A stretch of 64,000 nucleotides of DNA, taken from NCBI GenBank assembly GCA_976226885.1, contig OZ320314.1, forward strand, positions 68,820,001-68,884,000, written 5' to 3'. The translations under genes and the position numbers were made by a program. Positions 49,039 to 59,027 of this stretch are shown here, piece by piece. Numbering within the stretch: position 1 is the first letter of the stretch; each line of letters begins with the position of its first letter. This DNA comes from Iphione sp. A-MEVVRFRX5. Lineage: Eukaryota. The notes under the pieces are model-generated. The model did not search any database. It was not told where the DNA came from and was given only the letters and a program-made list of their open reading frames with translations.

Positions 49039-50755
49039 CCACAATATATTGTTTCTTTTACCAACAGTAATCATATCTTTTCTCTGCAACATATGTTTAG
49101 TGATAATCACTAGACTGAGCTGGACCTTTGTGTCATCACCCATCATTGTTAGTTCAACCTTGAAGACACCCTGTCTGCAGTGTATTGGTAAGCTAATGAA
49201 GGTACCAATATTCGCAAAATGAGTGGTTAACGGTGGGGCTAGCGGAAACCGAGGAAAGAATGGCAGGATATTAGACGACCAATGCATGCAACTTGCTCCT
49301 TAGCTTAGTGCTCAGTTTTGAACAACTAACTGGAATTCTTTAGTTAACAAGAGGGATGCTAGTGCACTTTTATGATCATTTATGACCATAAATTAGTACT
49401 ATAAGTCGTTATACATTACGCAGAAACAAATTTCTTGTACATCTCCAAAGGAATCAAAGGTGGTAGACTGCTGCAAAGGTGTTTCTCCGTGTAAAATGTT
49501 GGCTTTCTCTGCCACTGCGAAACGTTGCCTCATAATGCCTCTTTAATAAAAGGCTTTTAGAAAATACATATTAATTTCTTTTGTTCAAATTGACATATAC
49601 ATGTATGTATAAGCTAACTTTGTCGTACTGCTTGTAATACAAACCGAATTGCCTTCCAATCTCGATTGTTTTGCAGCCAGATGTGTGTAGCATCGACTGT
49701 GTAGTTTTTGTGTCTGTCTTTAGGCAGACAATGGTGGTATCAGCTTTGTCTGCAAAATAATTACTAATAAGTTATAAGCGATTCTTATCAGAGCCCTTAA
49801 GGGATTCTGGTATAGCTTTTGCTGTACAAGAGTAGTTCCTATATTGCTTGCTCTTTCATATCACATGCTAACTTCAAGTGACTAGGGAAACAAACGTTTG
49901 TAGATTAACGATTTTTACACTGTTACTTTCTTTCTCCTTGTCTCCTTGTTCATTTTCTATATTCTCTGTCTGTTTGTCTGTCTCTCTTTCTCGTGTTTTC
50001 CTCACTTTCTTCTCTCCGTTTTCTCCGCAGACACATCTTCACAGAAGGATGTATTTGTCATCGTCGATATTTGTCTGTCCACTTATCCCCTTGCTTCACC
50101 TCAAGGGGCCTGCACATATGAAGGCGCTGCGACCAATTCTCCGATTCCAATAGATCTTGCTCCTTTGGATGTGATCCAATATGATGAATACCACATCTTG
50201 GCAGCTGAACGTGTTCCTGAAGCCTGGTGCACATAGCCCATAGACTTCAGATAAGGATGAGAGTTTTCTACTAGAAAGATTAACGTGCACTTACATGTTT
50301 AAGGCTAATCGCCACAGTTTACCGATACCTAATGGTAATAGTGAAGTCAGCGACGTGTACACATGAACCTCAATATCGAGATTTGTCATATTTCAATATC
50401 AAGTGGAGCACTCCATAGTATAGCGGAGCACGTTTGAAACATACATTCTGATGACACTATGCTCCCAGTGGTTCCGCTGAAGGCTTTGTACTTTCATCAT
50501 CCTGCAGTAAAATGAGAGATAATGAATAGTGAAAAAGACTCTTCAGTAGAGGTTTGCTCACGCCGAATGATATTGGAGACACCCAGTCCTTAAATATGAA
50601 TGCCAGTTAACAACATTTGTACACATGAGATGAAGTGATAGAAAAACGCCTTGCTGTCGGGTGTATCGTATTCAGCTTCGACAGTTTCTACAGATCGCCA
50701 GCATCTTTGGTTTTGGAAGGCAGTCTTCTTTTTATATAGAGACTTCTTAAAATAT

Positions 50756-50893
50756 NNNNNNNNNNNNNNNNNNNNNNNNNNNNNNNNNNNNNNNNNNNNN
50801 NNNNNNNNNNNNNNNNNNNNNNNNNNNNNNNNNNNNNNNNNNNNNNNNNNNNNNNNNNNNNNNNNNNNNNNNNNNNNNNNNNNNNNNNNNNNN
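50756..50893. other. Assembly gap (138 N)
   Basis: Run of N. The true gap length is unknown. Confidence 1.
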
Positions 50894-53877
50894 ATGTCCC
50901 CCTTTCTTTAAATTTTCACGTATGTCTCTGTATATTTCATTCACATTCTCATTGTTCGTCACTTATATCCTTCAGGTACACCGCCGAATACTATTATCCT
51001 GACATGTTCACTTGTTCCGTGTGTTCTGAATTAATACAAAGTAGACATCTGCACATTTGTACCTGCATATATTCTACGATATTTACGCAAGAGCCAGGTC
51101 ATATATTTAAGGAAATTGATTTGCTTGAAAATATAACAACTAGTTCTCCTAAATGTTTTGAGGCTAAATTATGCAGCAGCTGTAATCAACCTTTGAGGAC
51201 CCTTCTAGTCGGGCCCTTTTGTATGATGTAATATGCAAACGCAATGGAACTCGAGCCACTTAGCAGGAAGGGCAGAGCATTTGACAAGGTGTCACAATTG
51301 ATTCGGTTGCCATCAAGGTTGTGCAGGAACATGCGGAAGGAGAACGCGGCATTCAATAGTATCAACTCGGTCCCCAATCAGCTTAGTCTCCGGGAGCCCG
51401 TCGGGATTGTCCGAGGCGTCCTGCCCCCTGGGAGAAGGATTGGGGAGGGGGTGACCAATGGACGAGGGGGTCAATTCACTCATAGGAGCTCGCGCGACCA
51501 GTCGGTCGCCTGCCGTGACTAAATAGGAATATGACACAACGAGCGATAAAGGATGACTGATTCCGGTATCGATCCGTAGCTGAATGGGATTAGGCTCGTT
51601 TTCCACTCGCCCGACCAGCGTCCTGTGCTGGCCGGCTTGAGAGATTCAAAGACAGGCCCGAGTTCACCTATACACGTTCCAGGGCCACTCTCACGGCCAA
51701 AGCATTTTCCCCTACTTTCCATTATTGGCGACCGACCTTCTGCCTCGGCTGTCCCCAACCACAACAGGCCGAGCACATTTGGCCGTGCAGTCCTAAGCAC
51801 GACCCCATCGTCGTATTACCTCACTCCTCAAGGGCATGCCACATATTATTGTTCGTCTTCTCATAACGTCATGTCCTTTTTTTATAGGTAAACTACGACT
51901 GCCGTTCCCTATGACGTACTTAGGGCCTATACATGTTCTTTTTTCTCGCCACCAATCCACTCACGTTTCATTCGTGTCCTTTGTATTATACCCTTGGGGT
52001 TCTTGTGCGGAAGATGTATATATGTATACGTACGTAGAAGCAACGGCCCTGGATTATATGGAGCTCAAATGACCAGCAGGGTGTTTGTCCGTTTTCGAGC
52101 TTGAGCTTGTGCAGACATAGTCTCCATGGGCTATCACGGCGCTCCGTACCCCGTTATCAGCCGGGTCGCCGGCAGGCTTCCAGGACGGTCACCCTATCCA
52201 GGCATCCTAGCCAGGTGCAGATCTGGTAGCGGTCGATCGACTGCTTTCTCATTCGATCTTACTTGAGACCATGGGAGGCATCCTTATGTATATTATGGAA
52301 GATATTCGCAAGGAAAACACGCGTGCTGAAACATTTTGCTTCGAACGCTTCTTGCAATCTTATTTCATCTTTGTACATGACGACTGCCCTAACTATATCT
52401 AACAACATTAGTAGTACATGTATGTATATATGTATACTTATATGTATATAGCGTTCCGTCACTGGTTATCTTCCTTTTGAATGCCCAGCCAGCCTGTCCA
52501 CTACGGCTTCAATCAACTATCTGCCCCAGGCCTGAGAAAGGGACCGCCTCCTGAGACGTCGTGGCGCTGATGCTAAATCTTCATTGGCGTGACTACCTTC
52601 AGTGCCCAAGGGCCTCTATCTGCCATGGCTGTCGTGCTCTGACAACTCCTGTGTTTTCTTTTCAGCACCACTGGGATAAGAAGCTTGTCTCTGCTTGTAA
52701 CTCCTAAGCGTGGGCAGGGATTAGTAGAGAGCGCGCGCTGATTGCGTGCCCAGGTGCAGTTCGGTGTGCACGATGCGCTTTTATTAGTCTCTAAGATAGA
52801 AGTTTGTCAAGACGATCAGAGTAGTAATCGTGTGCTAGAGCGGCAACATTTGTACGTTTATCTATAGTTTACCTTCTTTCAGATCGACACCATCGGGCTA
52901 TAAAGCCTAAAATTGAATTCTTGTCCATATTCTCATGATGCATTTTATGCAAAGGGGCAGTTAAAAAGAGGTTTACATACTCGCACCCCTTACCTATTTC
53001 ATTATTTCGTGCGCTGATTCTATTATGATATTCCTACGACACTACTTTCTGTTTCTGCAGCCATCACGAATGCCACTCAGGGATTAGGAGATTTCTGGAA
53101 GAAATCTAATGCTCACTACGCATTGCCGGAACGACGTCCGTGTTTCAGTAGTCATTCCCAATGCGTGCACCATTTCAGTGTTGAAGTGGCTGATGTGAGA
53201 TGTCCCCTCGCTCTCTGGGTTCATTGCTATCTACAATTACCGGAGGTGTTCTCGGGCATCCAGGTCACATGTCTGTAATCAGCGAGTGAAATTTGTGTAC
53301 GATTTTCATCCCGTATCTAATTATTACAAAAACCTATGCATATATGTCGTCATTATCATCAATATTATCATTAGTTTTTGTCTCCTGCCTCAAAGAGGGG
53401 GGGCATTAGGAATGCTGCTGGCTGGTTGTCCCGACCTTCTGTCACACTCTTGTGGGTCTTATAAGTCTCAAACCCCTCACTCAAAAGCACTGATTTTAAT
53501 ATATGATATTGGTTTGTATGGCCTCATGGCATTGGGTAATTTTGGTAGTAATTAAAGTATTTTGAAGGTGAAATTATGCCAATTTTACTCTTTTGCTAAC
53601 ACACCTACAAACATACATACCTGGTTTAGTGATTCCTAGGTCTAAAAATCCACACACATGCACACATACACACTCACCAATTTCTCACTGCTACCAGTAT
53701 CAGCTTGTAGCAGTCTGCTGCTCAGTGAGGTAGAACCAAGGGTCCTGTGCTCAGTCATGCAAAACTGAGGGTTGTAAACCTGAAGGAGTTAAACAAACCC
53801 AGCTAACCACATCAAAACAACGTGCCAATCAAGATGGTTGTAAAGAGAGAGAGACACCACACACACACATTCACTCA

Positions 53878-53880
<3 letters not shown>

Positions 53881-53926
<46 letters not shown>
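53881..53926. repeat. (TC)23 microsatellite, preceded by short (AG)/(AC) runs
   Basis: Read directly from the sequence. Confidence 0.95.
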
Positions 53927-53930
<4 letters not shown>

Positions 53931-54060
53931 TCTCCCACCTGGGCAGTTGATGGTGGGGGACATTAGACCTCACAGGTCCACTCCTGTCATCTTGCCAACA
54001 GTAATAAAAAAAATGGTCGTCACAAGCAGCAACAACAGCAACAGCAGATGACCGTTTAGC

Positions 54061-54376
54061 TAGGCCTATGAAAAAATATCGCTATTTTCGGTAACCCGAC
54101 CGGCCCTTTTATTTGGGTACTTGCAGCTTTTCCCCCCGTGCTTTGTAAATATCTTTAGAAAGAATAATCCCAGGGACTTATACTATGTCAGTGTGTTCCC
54201 TACATCACTAGTTACCATTTGATATAAGTTTCAGTGAATTCTGAGGGGCAAAACATTACCAAGTACCTCTGTTGCCTTCAAGATCCATTAACATTGAAAA
54301 CAAAGAGAAAAAGTCCCACCTACCTAGCGACCCTATATTTTTTCAACTTGTTACAGGAAGCACATCTTTAAGGCCT
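54061..54376. mobile_element. Possible degenerate MITE with AGGCCT termini
   Basis: The left end AGGCCTATGAAAAAA...TTTTCGGTAACCCGACC and the right end ...GTTACAGGAAG...TTTAAGGCCT show partial inverted similarity. No clear target-site duplication. Confidence 0.35.
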
Positions 54377-54490
54377 TACCAGTGCGAAAACAATGTAAAG
54401 AGCCATGTTCCTTGGACCTGTTTTTTCTGTTCTTGTTTTTCATAGCAGTAATGAGATGTAGACGTATTTAGTTTTTGACACATCTCTATA

Positions 54491-57078
54491 CCGTCGGCCC
54501 GCCTTAACCGGAGGGGTACCGGAATGCAAAAAATTGTCCGGATGGGAGGGGGTCCGGAGTGGCAACCCAAGCACCATGTGTCTCCTGGTAGGGAAAACTG
54601 TCATAATAGTAAAGTATGGGAACCTAATGGATACTATCGATTATCGATCTGTATTGATTTTAAAAGACTCCCATGCACCTCCTGGTGTGGAAAACTGTCA
54701 TAATAGTAAAGTATGGACCAAATATTACCACTATAAGGATTTTTATGAAATTCTGAAAAATCATGAGAAAGTCAATTTCAGTTAGGGATAAGGGTATTTA
54801 TTATAGAAAACATATGAAATACTCATGCACAATGGATAGATAACAATAAAAATCACAATGGTGAGAAAAAAAAAGTTAAAAAAAATAATAATAATTCACA
54901 AGACAATTTCTTCTAAACCTTAAAAAAGTCTTTGATGAGGGTCTGTCTTTTACTCTTATGCGTTTTCTGGGCATCTTGAAGCAGCCCCCTGAGGAATTCA
55001 ACTCCAGCAATATTATTGCACTCTTCACACAATCTGACCAGTGTGTCCACTGATTTTGACACTTCCTTGAAAGTGAGTGGTGGTGGGGGGACATCCTCTG
55101 TCTCCTCCTCATTCTCATCAGTTTGTGAGTCAGTCACCTCAGGCTGACTGACAAGACTGAGAATGGCCTCATCAGTCAATTCCCCATTGGTCTCAGCCTC
55201 TTGGTCCACCTTTGAGTATTCCTGGGCAGACATCACTGTCTACCCATCCTCACTTGGCATTGCCTGCAGCAGAGCTTGTAACTCTGATAATAGGATGTCC
55301 TCCTCCTCATCAGATGGATCTTCATTGGTGGTGGTGGTGGTGTTGGTGGTGGTGGTGGTGGTGCTGGCGCTGGTGGTGCTGGTGGTAGTGGTGGAGCCGG
55401 GGAGGATGTTCACATGGTCCCAGCACTTTTTGATGGTTGTGGATGTGACTGAGGCCCAGCCTTCATGGAGCATCAGGATAGCTTTCCTGATGTCAGTCAC
55501 CATGGGCTCATCTCTTTCCACACACCCCAAAAAGTGCTCAGCCAGTCTCTTCCTGTATTGGGCTTTGAATGAGACAATGATATCAGCATCCAAAGGCTGG
55601 ATGTGTGCTGCAGTGTTGGGGGGCAGGAATTTTAGGGTCAGATGGGAAAACCTCTCGATTGTCTTATGAGGCCCAGCGTTGTCCACCAGAAGCAGGTACC
55701 GCCAGCCCTGACCCTTGGTGTGATCATTCAGCATCTGCAGGTATTCAACCCATACCTTCGATGTCATCCACGCCTTCTGGTTGTGATGATAGTGCACATA
55801 CATTCCAGGGTCGAATCCCCTCGAAAAACATCTGGGCTTGGCTGACTTCCCAATCACCAAGGGCCTCAACTTGTCTGATCCAGTGGTGTTACAAGCAAGG
55901 ACAACTGTAATTCAGTCTTTGTTTCATTTTTCACCCTTAACTGGGCCAGTTGACAAGGTAGCAGTAGGCTTCAGACGATAGAATAACCCTGTCTCGTCGA
56001 TATTGTAGACGTCTTCCGGATTGAAGCCCTAGAGTTGTTCCTGGAGGGAGGAGCGCCCTTCCTCGATGACTGCCATATCTGCTGAAGCAGACTCGCCCTG
56101 TTGCTTGTGGCATCGTATGTTGTTTCGAATCTTGAGGCGCCCAAGCCAGCCCTTGTTGTACTGGAAGCCCATGATGCCCATCTGCTCCCCCAACTTCTGG
56201 GCTTGACGAATCATCATGTCGTCTCATAGGATGGTGCCTCTTGACTGCATATCGGCAAACCATATCATCAGGGCGGCCTCAAGCTGGGACTGCAGTGGGC
56301 ATCGTTGGCGACACAGGCTCTCCTCTTCAGCCGACATGCCGATCCATTGTGAAGACTTTTTCAGAATATCGGATATGGTGGAACGTGGCACTGCAAATCC
56401 CCACTTGGAGCAGAATTTCGCAATCATGTCGGCCTGTGATGTTCCAGGGTGTTCTGCCTTATACAGGCAGATCTCCTTCTTTTGGGCGTTGGTGATGCAC
56501 ACTCGACAATGCTTGGAGGGTGGTGGTTCCATGATTGATGTTCCTGGAGGAATGAATGCAGAATCGTCCAGCCCTGCCCTTTTTAAGCTGATTCTCCCAC
56601 CCAGGAGGACGACCCAGCTGGCACGCCTCAATTGTGCACAGACAATACCCAGGGGGGACCTCAGGGCCACCGGCTATAAATTCTTTGTTCCCCTAATGCC
56701 TCCTCGCACCTATGTGTGATAAGGCCTCAGAAGTCCCCACCTAAGCCCCTTTGTTATGGAGTTACTCAGTGCGTCAACGGATGTCCCGTGTTGTCCGAGG
56801 AACTGATGCTATGTACTTCAAACAAACCCCTATCCATTGTCGTTGGGTCGCTCTTGTCACGCAGAGACGATAAGCCGCCTCGGACAACACGCCTCCGGTT
56901 AACTGAATGTATTTCCTATGTTAAATGCTGTAAAATACATCAAAATTTCGTCCGAATATGGAAAGGTGGGGTCCGGTTAAATAGTACAATTTTTAGAGAA
57001 AAACAATTGGTAATTCGTATACCCTCCAGTTATGACGATATTCTGGAAGGGATGGGTCCAGTAGGGGGGGGGCGACGG
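54491..57078 (-). mobile_element. Full-length pogo/Tigger-superfamily DNA transposon, 2588 bp, inactive
   Basis: TA|CCGTCGGCCC at 54491 and GGGCGACGG|TA at 57078. The subterminal TTAACCGGAGG (54504-54514) is the exact reverse complement of CCTCCGGTTAA (56892-56902). The element encloses a transposase pseudo-ORF. Confidence 0.85.
54913..56532 (-). pseudogene. pogo/Tigger transposase pseudogene (CENP-B-type HTH pair plus DDE_1 domain, DD30D)
   Basis: Four supplied ORFs share one reading frame. Joined, they give ~539 aa with ITNAQKKEIC...STISDILK (HTH), LEAALMIWF...KGWLGRLK (second HTH), YNIDETG (D 55996-55998), LVDNAGPH (D 55681-55683), QPLD (D 55588-55590) and a terminal QTLIKDFFK. Internal stops lie at 56224, 56029, 55924, 55912 and 55240. 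Confidence 0.95.
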
Positions 57079-57582
57079 TATATGGTGGTATGGCACGATA
57101 GAGGAATAATGTGCATGTATATGTGGATGTATGCGTGATAAACTTAATTATACTAACATAGGGCAGATCTAGTAGGGATTTTTTCCGTGTCTCTCGGTGC
57201 ACATTTGGGCCAGAATAGATATTTGAGGGATGGCATGGCCGGTTAGGGTGGGTGGGTGGTGGCAGTGGGGTAGGCACATGCCTCTCGTGCTCGTCCCTTA
57301 ATCTGCCCTTGTTAAATACACAGGTGTAGCCTACTTCTGACAAGTTAGTAGTATTGGCAACATCGCTTGGTATGAAAATTATGTGGTGACGTATTCGCAA
57401 ATTGCTACATGAAACTTGTCGATGGGCGATTTGCACTGGCTCTGTTATTACTCCCCTTATATTTCGACTACAGCGTAGAAAAAGAGAGCAGTTTATGAGA
57501 CGGGCTATCAGACACGACTCACGTAGTGTATGGGAAGGACCACGCGGAGCAGCAATCAGCGAGTTCCAGGTTCAACCCGTAA

Positions 57583-57683
57583 CCATGGCGGCGTGAAAAC
57601 ACTCGCCCTCTGGCGGTAACAAGATGACCGCGTTAACGTGGCACGCGACTAGCGCTGACTTTTTAATTATGCAAATGACGTCA
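57583..57683. promoter_or_regulatory. Promoter/enhancer-like motif cluster (YY1-like, CTCF-like, octamer, CRE)
   Basis: CCATGGCGGC (~57583), minus-strand CCGCCAGAGGGCG (57604-57616), CAAGATGACCGC (~57620), and ATGCAAAT (57669-57676) overlapping TGACGTCA (57676-57683), all in a CpG-rich context. Confidence 0.45.
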
Positions 57684-57980
57684 CAGCCGAACGGGACGTG
57701 TTTTGTGCTAGGTGTTTTTTTTTACCACTTACCGCCCGTCTAAATGGATCTTTAGTGTCAACCATACACCGGTCAACCGCGATAGATTAAATACAATAAG
57801 TATAGAAAGAGGGTTAAATAGGCCCGGAGTGAAATGCCAAGTTCAGGGCGGACGTTATCACTCTAGATGTGTCTTGGTTCTTTTTAACTGAGAAGGCTCA
57901 CGTCAATAATCTAACCGCTGAGCAGCTGGATTAATACTAGCATATACATGTATATAGACCATTTAACTGGCACATATATA

Positions 57981-58503
57981 TGTATTACCGTATGACGTCC
58001 TGGACCAAGCCTGTATCCCAAGCATCTATGTCCACCTCAGTCAGTAAGGACTTCTCTGGTTTGGCCATGTCCGCTGCATACAAGATGGCCACATCCCCAA
58101 AGACATCCTGTATGGAGAACTCGCAGCAGGATTTCGGCCCATGGGTCTCCCATAAATGCACTACGGGGACATTTATAAATGAGACCTGAAGTCTGCTCTC
58201 ATCAGTGTGGACATTTAGGTACAGACAGTTGCAAATCTCTCTGCCTGGCAACAGGCCGTAGGCCTACGTATAGGCATAGCAACAGAAAATGAGTAACAAA
58301 CTTCACTATGTTCAGAGAGAAATGAGCAAGAAAACTGTGGCAGGGACCACCTATCTGCAGTCACCAGCCTTCATATGCAGTAGCTGTGTCAAGAACTGTC
58401 ACTCAAGAATCAACTTAGACAGCCACAGCTAAGACTGTCCCACATCCAACTCAGTCCTCAACCAGGCGCGTCCATTGTCTACCAGAACAGATAGAACCAT
58501 CAT
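57981..58503 (+). mobile_element. 5'-truncated RTE-clade LINE (BovB/Expander-like) 3' end, decayed
   Basis: Translates to DVLDQACIPSI...WFGHVRCIQDGHIPKDILYGELAAGFRPMGLP*MHYGDIYK*DLK, and later FICSSCVKNCHSRINLDSH (C-terminal C2H2-like finger, from 58371). The 3' end ccattgtct... is typical of RTE. Contains stops and frameshifts. Confidence 0.85.
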
Positions 58504-58989
58504 ACCGTTATACTTGGGAGACAATCAGAGCAAAGACAACTAGCCTACATTTCGATGCGTTTGGCGTATGTTAAACTACTAATTAATTTTGTCTAACGAC
58601 TTAATATGTAGCAATAGTAACTTGATATGTATCTTTTGACGAAGGATAGCAGCACATCAAGAACTTCAACGGTAGACTGTGATGTTGGTTAACAGCTTTC
58701 TCAATAAGGACTTTGCATATGATCACTTTTCATACATGATCAGTTTTGAAAGTTCCCTGTCACAAGGTGACATTTTGTTTTTAACACATAAATTTTACAT
58801 ATATAGTGTTCCATGATGAGACTGTTTTTCTTTTATTATATAACTTGTCTTCTCCAACCGTGAAGAACCCACCCGGGAAAAATATGTGCAAATGAACTGT
58901 GGGAAGATATTTGTAGTATTATGTATGTACAAGTGGGATACAAATAAAACCTTTATAGTTCACATATGTTCAACATCCATCATAGACTT

Positions 58990-59027
58990 TGCCTGATGAA
59001 GGCCCCGGAGTGATCCGAAAGCTTGCA
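58990..59027 (+). ncRNA. Minimal type I hammerhead ribozyme motif of Penelope-element type, probably partly decayed
   Basis: TGC-CTGATGA-aGG...CC-GAAA-GC-T-T-GCA: intact core, 3-bp stem I (58990-58992/59025-59027) and palindromic AGCT stem III, with AATAAA at 59048-59053. Confidence 0.65.

Noticed and set aside
50170-50222. C/D snoRNA-like boxes (ATGATGA ... CTGA)
   Set aside because: Too short, with no terminal stem and no recognisable rRNA-complementary guide.
57523-57580. tRNA/SINE-like A box (TAGTGTATGGG) and B box (GGTTCAACCC)
   Set aside because: The A box is imperfect and I could not fold a cloverleaf or find a second copy.
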